A stretch of DNA of 64,000 bases, taken from contig CAWCBP010000008.1 of the NCBI GenBank assembly GCA_963793865.1, positions 416,001 through 480,000 on the forward strand. Reading direction: 5' to 3'. Source of the stretch: an uncultured delta proteobacterium. Its GTDB lineage: Bacteria > Desulfobacterota > WTBG01. The translations under genes and the position numbers were made by a program. The number at the start of each line of letters is the position of its first letter. Position 1 is the first letter of the stretch. Under the pieces are notes generated by a model. The model was not told the DNA's origin. It made no database searches and was given only the letters and a program-made list of their open reading frames with translations. Shown here piece by piece: positions 39,342 to 48,285 of this stretch.

Positions 39342-40565
39342 ATGCCTCGAATACTTTATACACCTCCCGAGTCATTCAAAAGAGTCCGCAGGGAATTCAC
39401 CCAAAAGGACTATCAGGAGCGTTCCCGGGCCCTGATCAAGCGGATCCTTCGCTTTGCCGTGCTGCTGCGACAGAACAGGGTTCCGGTGCATACCGCCAGC
39501 GAGATTGATACCATCGCCGCGCTGAGGCATGTGGACATCAACAACCGTTTTGAATTTTACATGGCCCTCAGGGCCAACCTGCTGGTGAGCTATAAATACT
39601 ACGCTGTTTTTGATTATCTGTTTCTGCAGTTCTGGAGAACCGGCCTGACCATTCCCAAGCGCTATGGCGGCAGCTCGGAAGATCCGGATGAGGATCAGAG
39701 CCCGGGGATGAAACAGAGCGGTTCGGACGAAGACACCAGGGCGGATACGAAAAAAGACGCAAAAAAGGAGAGCAGCCTCTATCAAGAGATATCAGTGCCT
39801 ACCTACTCGCTTTCTGAGCGGCTGAGGGAAAAAGATTTTGAAGAGGTGAAGGATGAGGAGCTGAGCCTTTTTGATGAGGCATTCAAGACGCTGCGCATCA
39901 ATGTCAAGGAGCGCAAGGGTCGGCGCTTCAAGTCAAGCAATAAGGGAAAGGTTATTGACCTTCCCAGGTCCATCCGCCAGTCACGCCAAAAGGGCGGTGA
40001 GATCGTTAAAATCTACACCAGGGAGCGCAAGCCCAAGCAGTCCAAGCTGGTGCTGCTTGCCGATGTCAGCGGGTCCATGGACATTTACAGCACCTTTCTG
40101 ATAAAATTTATCTATGAGCTGCAGAAATATGTTCCCGACACCGAGACCTTTGTGTTCGGCACCCAGCTCCGGCGCATAAGCGACCTCTTGAGCTATCGCT
40201 CCATCAGATCCGCCCTGGCCATGATGTCAAAACAGGTGCTTTTCTGGTCGGGCGGCACCGATATCGGCGGCAGCTTTGCCGAGTTCAATGATCGTTACGG
40301 GGGCAAGCTGCGCAAGAAAAACCGGATCCTGGTGATTCTCTCCGACGGCTGGGACAAAGGTGATGTTGAAATCATGAGAAAGCAGATGGCCATATTTAAA
40401 AAAGGGTTCAAAAAAATCATCTGGCTTAACCCAAATCTGAAATATGACAGCTACCAGCCGCTCTGCATGGGTATGGCGGCGGCAATGCCCTACGTTGATC
40501 GTTTCTTACCCTGCCATAACATAAAGACACTGGAAGCGTTTATCGAAGTGGTTAAAAAAATCTGA
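39342..40565 (+). CDS. CoxE-like vWA protein
   Basis: DVSGSM, FVFGT, WSGGTDIG, SDGWD, IWLNP, GMAAAMPYVD. Confidence 0.9.
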   Translation: MPRILYTPPESFKRVRREFTQKDYQERSRALIKRILRFAVLLRQNRVPVHTASEIDTIAALRHVDINNRFEFYMALRANLLVSYKYYAVFDYLFLQFWRTGLTIPKRYGGSSEDPDEDQSPGMKQSGSDEDTRADTKKDAKKESSLYQEISVPTYSLSERLREKDFEEVKDEELSLFDEAFKTLRINVKERKGRRFKSSNKGKVIDLPRSIRQSRQKGGEIVKIYTRERKPKQSKLVLLADVSGSMDIYSTFLIKFIYELQKYVPDTETFVFGTQLRRISDLLSYRSIRSALAMMSKQVLFWSGGTDIGGSFAEFNDRYGGKLRKKNRILVILSDGWDKGDVEIMRKQMAIFKKGFKKIIWLNPNLKYDSYQPLCMGMAAAMPYVDRFLPCHNIKTLEAFIEVVKKI

Positions 40566-40597
40566 GCATCGCGTTTCACGCGGAAAACGGTAACCCC

Positions 40598-41026
40598 ATG
40601 AGCAAAAATTATCGCAATGATCTCCGGCGGCAGATGGAGCAAAAAGATGCTGTTTCTCCGGCGACCCTGCTTCAGGATCATGCGCAGAACCCGCGCAACT
40701 TCGGGGACATGTCCGAAGGGCTGGCTGACAGCCATGTCTCCATCACCGACCCTGCCTGCGGCGACACGCTTGAGCTCTGGATACTGGTCGAGGAGGGAAG
40801 AATTTTTGACATCCGCTTCAGATCAAACGGCTGCGCGGCCACCCGCGCGGCAAACAGCATGATGACGCAGCTCGCCCTGGGCAAAACGGTCGAGGAGGCA
40901 AAAGAGCTGACTGATGAAGACATCGTCGCGGCATTTCAGGGAGAGCTGGTACAGCAGACCGGCTGCCCGCTGGCCGGGGTGCAGGCGCTGCACAAAGCAC
41001 TTGAGCAATACCAGGACAATCATTAG
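40598..41026 (+). CDS. IscU/NifU N-terminal-type scaffold protein
   Basis: HAQNPRNFG, PACGD, GCAA, third Cys in QQTGC. Confidence 0.85.
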   Translation: MSKNYRNDLRRQMEQKDAVSPATLLQDHAQNPRNFGDMSEGLADSHVSITDPACGDTLELWILVEEGRIFDIRFRSNGCAATRAANSMMTQLALGKTVEEAKELTDEDIVAAFQGELVQQTGCPLAGVQALHKALEQYQDNH

Positions 41027-41052
41027 AGGACCGAGTGTCGAGGAGGTAACCC

Positions 41053-41847
41053 ATGGATATTTTTGAGGAAATTGTTGCGGCAAAAAAGGCACATATGCCG
41101 GTGGTGCTGGCAACGGTGGTGGAATCGCTGGGATCGGCGCCCCGCGAAGGAGGGGCCCGGATGCTGGTGAAGAAGGACGGCACGTCGGTAGGTACCATCG
41201 GCGGCGGGGCGGTTGAAAAAAAAGTTCTGGATGAGGCCCTGTCGATGATGAGCTCCGCTGCGTCCAAGCTGTTAAAATACGAGCTCAAGGATATCGGCAT
41301 GGCCTGCGGCGGGGGCATGTCCGTTTTTCTCGAACCGCTGCTTCCCGCGCCGCAGCTGATTATCTTCGGCGCCGGCCACATCGGGAGCGCGCTCTCTCAA
41401 ATCGGCACAATGCTTGATTTCAATGTTACCGTAGTCGATAACCGGCCTGATTTTGCCAACGCCGGGCGGCTTCCCTGGGCAGATTCGGTCATTGCGGAGG
41501 ACTACCACAAGGCGCTGGGAGATCTCTCTTACTCCGACGGCACCTACATGATCATTCTTACCCACAAGCACGCCCATGACTTCGAGATTCTCGAGCAGCT
41601 TGTCCATAAGCCCTTCCGCTACCTGGGCATGATCGGCAGCCGCACCAAGGTTGCCAGGGCATTTCAGCAGCTGCGTGACCGGGGCATCAGTGAAGAGGTT
41701 ATTAAAAAGATCTATTCGCCTATCGGCATCAGCATCGGCGCCACTACCCCGGCGGAGATAGCCGTATCCATCGCGGCGGAGCTGGTGGCGGTGCGAAACG
41801 GCATTCAGGCCGCAAGCTGCACCCTGAGCCAGTCCCCGTCCGCCTGA
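41053..41847 (+). CDS. XdhC/CoxI family accessory protein
   Basis: GSAPRE, GTIGGGAVE, MACGG, FGAGH, YLGMIGS, PAEIAVSI. Confidence 0.92.
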   Translation: MDIFEEIVAAKKAHMPVVLATVVESLGSAPREGGARMLVKKDGTSVGTIGGGAVEKKVLDEALSMMSSAASKLLKYELKDIGMACGGGMSVFLEPLLPAPQLIIFGAGHIGSALSQIGTMLDFNVTVVDNRPDFANAGRLPWADSVIAEDYHKALGDLSYSDGTYMIILTHKHAHDFEILEQLVHKPFRYLGMIGSRTKVARAFQQLRDRGISEEVIKKIYSPIGISIGATTPAEIAVSIAAELVAVRNGIQAASCTLSQSPSA

Positions 41848-42013
41848 ACCTCTTCTGCATGGGGGGCGTCACATAAAGCTTTTGATCCCCCTGCCCGAAG
41901 GCAATGAACCGGATCAAGCACCTGTTTATGCCGGCCTTGGATTGTTCCGGCAGCGCTTATAAATCCCCGCTGCCCGCCGTCTGAGAAATTTGGTGTAAAT
42001 GCCGGATTTTAGT

Positions 42014-42043
42014 TTGACAAATAATGCGCAAGTGCGCTATAAG
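42014..42043 (+). promoter_or_regulatory. Candidate sigma70 promoter of the first WOR operon
   Basis: TTGACA-N18-TATAAG about 290 nt upstream of the ferredoxin ATG. Confidence 0.45.
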
Positions 42044-42332
42044 AACCTTCCTGTTTGTTAAGATATACTGCCCGGGGAAGAATGCTGGATAAACGTGTTT
42101 TCCCTGTGCATGTCCTATATGCTCATGACTGAATGAGCTCGCACTGTCGGGTCCTGTCGCAATGCAGTAAGGACCGTGCCGGAGAGTCGGATATGCAGTC
42201 CCTTCTGAACACGTACTGTTTCAGGAAGGCTCTCCCGCAGCGGCAGCCGTTGAAGGGAGGTGATGCTTGGAACGGCAGGTTGGATGGGACCGGAAGGTTT
42301 GATCAACACAAAACATGAAAGGGGAACGTTAT

Positions 42333-42830
42333 ATGGACAAGCTGCTGATCTATGATCAAGAGAAATGTACCGGATGCAGGAGCTGCGTCGTGGGTTGTTC
42401 CTTGTATCATGAGGGAGAGTGCAGCAAGCTGCTTTCACGCATCAACGTCGTTCGTAACGAGCGCTTTGGTGAAAGTTTCGTTGCTGGCTGTGACCTCTGC
42501 ACGGATCCGCCCTGCGCTGCCGTGTGCCCCACCGGGGCGTGCGCGCTCGATCCCAAAATGGGGATCTCCAAGATCGATGCCAATAAGTGTATCGGCTGCA
42601 AAGAATGTTTGATTCACTGCCCGTTCGGGGCCATCAGCATCCACCCGATTACCAGAAAATCATTCAAGTGCGATCTGTGTGAAGGCCGTACCGACGGACC
42701 GGTATGTGCCGACTGGTGTCCCAGCGGTGCCATTACCTGGATGAGCCCTGAAATAGCAGCTAAAGCCAAGAAGCGGCACAAATTGCAGGAAAGAATTAAT
42801 GCCGCCACAATGGCAAAGGAGGTGAGTTAA
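42333..42830 (+). CDS. Poly-[4Fe-4S] ferredoxin subunit (WorS/AorA-like)
   Basis: Four Cys groups: CTGCRSC..GC, CDLC..PPC..VCP, CIGCKEC..HCP, CDLC...C...CP. Confidence 0.9.
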   Translation: MDKLLIYDQEKCTGCRSCVVGCSLYHEGECSKLLSRINVVRNERFGESFVAGCDLCTDPPCAAVCPTGACALDPKMGISKIDANKCIGCKECLIHCPFGAISIHPITRKSFKCDLCEGRTDGPVCADWCPSGAITWMSPEIAAKAKKRHKLQERINAATMAKEVS

Positions 42831-42831
42831 T

Positions 42832-44796
42832 ATGTACGGATGGGCCGGACAAAGACTAAGAATTGATCTCAGCAAAGGTGATATCATTAAAGAACCCCTG
42901 TCGCTGGAATATCGCAGGAAATGGATCGGCGGACGCGGTTTTAATTCGGATATTATCTACAATGAAGTGCCGCCGGATATGGATCCCTTCGATCCGCGGG
43001 CACGCCTGTGTATTGGCGTTGGTCCGCTCAATGGTACTGCGGCTCCCTCAACCGGGCGCGTCACGGTTAGCTGCAAGTCACCCTTAACCGGCGGTTTCGG
43101 AGACTCAAGCATGGGCGGTCACTGGGGCGCCGAGCTCAAGTATGCCGGGTATGACCAGATAATCCTGCAAGGCAGGGCAAAAAAGCCGGTTTATATCTGG
43201 ATTGACGATGACAAGGTTGAAATACGTGACGCGGCACACCTCTGGGGCAAATTTCCCCGCGATGCGGATACCATGATCAAACAGGAAGTGAAAGACGAGG
43301 ATATCCATATTCTCCAAATCGGACCCGCCGGAGAAAACCTGGTCCGTTTTGCCTGCACCTTCAATGATGTGTGGAGGGCTGCGGGAAGGACCGGTCACGG
43401 GGCGGTCATCGGCTCCAAAAACCTTAAGGCTATTGCCACCAGGGGTTCCGGCAGTGTTAAGATTGCACGGCCCAAGGAGTTTTTCGAGATCTGCAATCGC
43501 CTGAGGCAGGCGTTTAAAAACGACCCCATGAAGATGGGCCTCTACGAATATGGCAGCCTGTGCCTGATTAATATCGCCAACCGGGACGGATGGCTGCCCT
43601 GGAAAAATCTGCAGTACGGCGGCACGCCGCTGGCCAATAACATGTCAGGTGAAACGCACGCCAAAACCGTGCTCAAACACCGGGAAGGCTGCTATGCCTG
43701 CCCCATCTGCTGCGGGCGCTTTACCTCCATCAAGGAAGGGCGCTGGGCGGGCGAGGAGTTCGGCGGTCCTGAATACGAGCACGCGGTTCCGACCGGTCCC
43801 CGGGTCGGCATTATCGAGGATGCCAATGACATCTGGCATAATGCGAGACTTACCAATGACCTGGGCATGGACGGCATCGAAACCGGTGGCGTGATTTCCG
43901 TTGCCATGGAGTGGTACCAGCGCGGTCTGATTACCGCCAAGGATACGGGAGGACTGGAGCTTGAGTGGGGTGACGAGAAGGTGGTGGACCAGCTCATTCA
44001 GGATATAGCCTACCGGAGAGGTTTCGGCGATATCCTGGCCGAGGGCGGCGACCGGGCCTCTGATAAACTGGGCCTGGGCGATAAAGGTCACTACTATACC
44101 ATTACCACCAGGGGCATGACGCTTCCCGGTGATGATCCCCGCGGATTGGGTTTCGGCTACGGGCTTTCCTTTGCCGTTGGCACCCGCGGCGGATGCGATC
44201 ACCTCAGGTCGCTGTGCTGCCTGGAACTCTCGGGAGCCCTCTATCCCGGCCTGAACACCAAGCTCCTCGGTGATGAGAGACCGGCAAAACCGGTGACCAC
44301 GGTAGGCAAGCCGTACATGGTGTATTATGAAGAGAACCAGAAGACCGTGACCGACTGTCTGAACGTGTGCTGTTTCACCACCCACTGGTGCTATACCGTG
44401 TTAACCCAGGATCAGCTGGACTACTTCAACGCCTGCACCGGTATGGACATGTCCATAGAGGAGTTCCTTGAGGTTGGAGAGCGGGTGTATAATCTTGAAA
44501 GGGCCTACTGGGCTCGCCAGATGTCGGGCGCCCGGGAGGATGTGGTTCCTGAACGCTTTACCAAGGAGCCCATGCCCCAGCACGTTGACTATCAGACCAA
44601 TGTGGGTGCCACCCTTCCCATTAATGAGATGCTTCCCAAGTACTACAAGTACCGGGATTATGAGCCGGGAACGGGATTCCCCAGCGAGAGGAAGCTCAAG
44701 CAGCTTGGTCTCGATTACGTGGCTGAAGACATACGTCCCCTGCGGAAGAGATACATGAGTGAATCGGAGCAGAAGAAAAAGAAGTATTATTATTAA
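42832..44796 (+). CDS. Aldehyde:ferredoxin oxidoreductase (WOR family) large subunit 1
   Basis: KSPLTG, GGHWGAELKYAG, GPAGEN, AGRTG.GAV.GSKNLK, CYACPICC, PEYE, DLGMD, GCDHL, DCLNVC. Confidence 0.93.
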   Translation: MYGWAGQRLRIDLSKGDIIKEPLSLEYRRKWIGGRGFNSDIIYNEVPPDMDPFDPRARLCIGVGPLNGTAAPSTGRVTVSCKSPLTGGFGDSSMGGHWGAELKYAGYDQIILQGRAKKPVYIWIDDDKVEIRDAAHLWGKFPRDADTMIKQEVKDEDIHILQIGPAGENLVRFACTFNDVWRAAGRTGHGAVIGSKNLKAIATRGSGSVKIARPKEFFEICNRLRQAFKNDPMKMGLYEYGSLCLINIANRDGWLPWKNLQYGGTPLANNMSGETHAKTVLKHREGCYACPICCGRFTSIKEGRWAGEEFGGPEYEHAVPTGPRVGIIEDANDIWHNARLTNDLGMDGIETGGVISVAMEWYQRGLITAKDTGGLELEWGDEKVVDQLIQDIAYRRGFGDILAEGGDRASDKLGLGDKGHYYTITTRGMTLPGDDPRGLGFGYGLSFAVGTRGGCDHLRSLCCLELSGALYPGLNTKLLGDERPAKPVTTVGKPYMVYYEENQKTVTDCLNVCCFTTHWCYTVLTQDQLDYFNACTGMDMSIEEFLEVGERVYNLERAYWARQMSGAREDVVPERFTKEPMPQHVDYQTNVGATLPINEMLPKYYKYRDYEPGTGFPSERKLKQLGLDYVAEDIRPLRKRYMSESEQKKKKYYY

Positions 44797-44819
44797 TTCA
44801 AGGAAAAGGAGTGACGGCT

Positions 44820-45062
44820 ATGGCAGTGATGACGAAACAGCAGGCAAAACAATTTGCTGAGATGGACGACTTCTTCCTTGATCTTCTCAACCTGCTCAAA
44901 GACAAAGGGATTATTGACAATCAGGAGCGAAAGGTCCTGTTGCTGACAGGATTTGAGAAACTGGTTCAAGCGTTGGAGAAGAAGAAAGTCATCTCACGCC
45001 AGGATTCCAAGGAGGCCATGGCGAAAGGATTTACCTCGCTGGTCTATGCCCTGGCAGATTGA
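44820..45062 (+). CDS. Small helical hypothetical protein with internal duplication
   Basis: AAGGAG RBS; LLNLLKDKGIIDNQE / LVQALEKKKVISRQD. Confidence 0.7.
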   Translation: MAVMTKQQAKQFAEMDDFFLDLLNLLKDKGIIDNQERKVLLLTGFEKLVQALEKKKVISRQDSKEAMAKGFTSLVYALAD

Positions 45063-45086
45063 GATGTGACGTGATGTCCGTTCATC

Positions 45087-45123
45087 AAGGTGCCTTCCAC
45101 CTGTGTGGGAGGCACCTTTTTTT
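45087..45123 (+). terminator. Intrinsic terminator after the first WOR unit
   Basis: AAGGTGCCTTCCAC-CTGT-GTGGGAGGCACC followed by T7. Confidence 0.8.
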
Positions 45124-45276
45124 GCGAAGGGATGCGGCATGTAATTATTTTTGACTTTTACCGGCTGATATGATAGATACCGTCTCGGTTTTGCGCAGGA
45201 AAGGAAGGTACGCCTGCAGTAAGATCGCCATTCATAACCGGCCATCTTTTTTTTAAGCCCTGCAAAGGAACTGAGC

Positions 45277-45759
45277 ATGAAGAAGATGTTGCTGTTTCAT
45301 CCCGAAAAATGCACCGGGTGCAATACCTGTGAGCTGGCATGTTCCCTGGTGCAGACCGGCGTGTGCAATCCCCGCAGTTCCCGGCGAAGGAACGTTCATT
45401 TTGAAGAAACCGTCCTGGATGTTCCCATGCAGTGTCAGCAGTGTGAAGACGCCGCCTGCATGAATACCTGCCCCGCGCAGGCTATTGTTCTCGACGAGGC
45501 CACCGGGGCAAAGATCCTCAACGAGAAAAAGTGCATCGGCTGCCGGATGTGCATGATCGCCTGCCCCTTCGGGGCAATCTCCCTGGACCCCTTGACCAAA
45601 ATGGTGGTCAAATGCGACCTCTGTTCGGGAGACCCCGCCTGTGCCCAATGGTGCCCGACAGGCGCGATTGAGTATGTCACCCCGCGCTCCTATGATCTCA
45701 TCAGGCAGCGGGCGCGGCTCGATGCGATGGAGAAGAAGGGTATACTGGGAGGTAGATGA
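45277..45759 (+). CDS. Poly-[4Fe-4S] ferredoxin subunit 2
   Basis: CTGCNTC..AC, CQQC..AAC..TCP, CIGCRMC..ACP, CDLC..PAC..WCP. Confidence 0.9.
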   Translation: MKKMLLFHPEKCTGCNTCELACSLVQTGVCNPRSSRRRNVHFEETVLDVPMQCQQCEDAACMNTCPAQAIVLDEATGAKILNEKKCIGCRMCMIACPFGAISLDPLTKMVVKCDLCSGDPACAQWCPTGAIEYVTPRSYDLIRQRARLDAMEKKGILGGR

Positions 45760-45760
45760 T

Positions 45761-47792
45761 ATGCATGGCTTCACCGGAAGGCTTTTGAGGATCGACCTCA
45801 CGAAAGGAAGCTGCACGGCCGACGACCTTGGTTCGTATTTCAAGGACTATCTGGGAGGAAGGGCCCTCAATCACATGCTGCTTTTCCGCAGCGCCGACGT
45901 CGCAACCGTTGCTCCTTTCGAACCTGCCAACCCCCTGGTGCTGGGGGCGGGACCGCTCTGCGGAACGACCTGGCCCTGCTCGGCGCGGCTTCAGGCAACC
46001 TTTATTTCACCCCTCGCATACAGCGGCTGGGGTGATTCCAATGTGGGGGGCGGGGTGGGCCCCGAGCTCAGGCATGCCGGCTGGGATGCGGTGGTGATTA
46101 CCGGCAGGGCCGCACAACCGGTCTACATTCATATTGAGGATGACCGGATCGAGTTAAAGCCCGCCCGGGACATCTGGGGCAAGGGCGCGAACGAATCCAT
46201 CGGCCGGTTGCTTGCGAGACACAGCGGCGCCCAGGTTCTGGTGATCGGACCCGCGGGTGAAAAGCTGGTGCGCTTTGCAAGCGTGAGGACCAATCGTGCC
46301 AGCAGCCTGGGAAGATGCGGGGGCGGGGCGGTGATGGGTTCAAAAAATCTCAAGGGGCTGGTAATCCAGGGAAGCAGGGGTGTCGCCGTCCATGACCCGA
46401 AAAACTTTCTTGCGCTGTCGTTGCAGTGCCGGAACGACCTCATGGACCCCCGCTTCGGCCCGCTGCACAGCCGGAGCTATCAGATCATGTCACATGTCCG
46501 GCACGCCGGGATTCATCAGATGGTTCGGGCAAATGGGCATGACCCCCATGAAAAACTGGACCCGCTGCGGTATCTGGCAGGATGACCGGGATCTCACCGA
46601 AATCACCGGAAGCGCGGCGAGGGAACGGCAGGATGCCTGCTCGGCCTGCCCGGTGCATTGTCTTGGCGCATACCGCCCCCAGGACCCTTCTGGTTCCTTG
46701 AGCGGCGGGCCGGGTTATGATGCGGTTGTATCCCTGGGACATAATTGCCTTGAACCCCGGGGAAAGATGGTGGTCGCACTTAATTCCCTCTGCAACGATC
46801 TTGGTCTTGACCCGGTGGAAGCGGGAAATATCTTTTCCAATCTGATGGAATGGTATGAAAAGGGAATCGTCGATGAGTCCTTTACCGATGGCGTGCCCAT
46901 GCAGTGGGGCAACGGCGAAGGCATGATGGAGCTCCTGCCCAAAATTGCCATGAGAAAAGGCTGCGGGGAACGCCTGGCGGAGGGATCCTACCGGGTGGGC
47001 AAGACACTGGGAACCGAGGCGCTGAACTGCGTGTACCACCAGAAAGGGATGTGTTCTTCCGGCATCGAGACCCGTCCCGCGGTGGGCGCCATGCTTTCCA
47101 TGGCACTTTCACCCCGGGGGGCGCACCCGCTGTCCGGGCTGCCCACGGCGGAATGGATGGGGAGCCCCGCGGTGGCCGGGAAGATAACCGGATTCAAGGA
47201 GGCGGCGGACCCCCTTTCCTATCATCCCGAAGCCAAGGCGCGGCTGGTGGAGTTTTACGAGAACTTCTTTGAGCTGTCTGATGCCCTGGGCATCTGTAAA
47301 TATTCCTTTGGGCACTATGGTTATTGGCACGACCGGCCGCAGGACATGGAACGGATGTGGCAGTATGTAACCAAGGCGCTCCACTACGCAACCGGGATGA
47401 GGTTTACCAGGGATGAGTTGCTTGCCATCGGGGAGCGGGCGTATCAAATCGAACGGGCGGTCATTGTGCTGAGAGGCATCACCCGCGAAGATGACCTGCC
47501 CAACTGGAAGTGTCTCAACCAGGGGTGCGTTCGTGAAGATGCGGTTGCGTCACCGCCGGTCCCGCCCGTCAACCGGGAGAAATATGAAAAAGTCCTCGAC
47601 AGGTATTACCGCCTGAGAGGGTGGAACAAGGAGGGCGTTCCCGCCTTAAAGCGGCTGCAGGAACTGGGGCTGCGGGAAGTTGCCGATGCGCTGAAAACAA
47701 AGGGAACCGGTGTCCGGGCGGGGAAGAAGAGAGCGGCGGCAGGAACCCGCCGGTCCGGCGCACGAACCATCACCCGCAAGAAAAAGAGATAG
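45761..47792 (+). CDS. WOR/AOR family large subunit 2, divergent; single +1 frameshift near 46498
   Basis: N-half (GFTGRLLRIDL...GAVMGSKNLK) and C-half (GTPG...CSACPVHC...DLGLD...YYRLRGW) join if one C is removed from CATGTCCGGC. Confidence 0.85.
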
Positions 47793-47823
47793 GCACTGAA
47801 CTTTCTTACTATCGGAGCGGCAG

Positions 47824-48285
47824 ATGAGCACCACCATTGACAAGATATTGGCTGAGTATAAGGGCAAGCCCGGTGAAATCATTTCCGTGCTTGAAAAAAT
47901 CCAGGAGGTCTATGGCTATCTGCCCCAGGATGCGCTGCAGGAGGTGAGCGAAAAGATGAAAGTCCATCTGGCGCAGCTGTTCAGCATGGCCACGTTTTAT
48001 TCGGCTTTTTCCCTGAAGCCGCGCGGCAAGCACACCCTGCATGTATGCCTGGGTACCGCCTGCCATGTGCGCGGGGGATCGCGGATACTCAAGGGGCTTT
48101 CCCAGATGCTGGGCATCAAGGTTGGTGATACCACCGAAGACAAGAATTTTACCCTGGAAACGCTTCGCTGTGTCGGCTGCTGCAGTCTGGCGCCGGTGGT
48201 GAGAGTGGGGGCCAATGATGTTTACGGGTACAGCACCGTGGATAAGGTGCGGGGTATTGTCGAGAAGTACAAGGAGGAAGGATGA
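47824..48285 (+). CDS. NuoE/HydC-like [2Fe-2S] subunit
   Basis: IQEVYGYLP, ATFYSAF, CLGTAC...CVGCC. Confidence 0.92.
   Translation: MSTTIDKILAEYKGKPGEIISVLEKIQEVYGYLPQDALQEVSEKMKVHLAQLFSMATFYSAFSLKPRGKHTLHVCLGTACHVRGGSRILKGLSQMLGIKVGDTTEDKNFTLETLRCVGCCSLAPVVRVGANDVYGYSTVDKVRGIVEKYKEEG

Noticed and set aside
42832..44796. Class II benzoyl-CoA reductase (BamB), given the AOR family plus NuoEFG-like genes
   Set aside because: WorL1 has the canonical EYE and DH motifs rather than a BamB-type site, and no Hdr-like BamDE or BamF genes are present.
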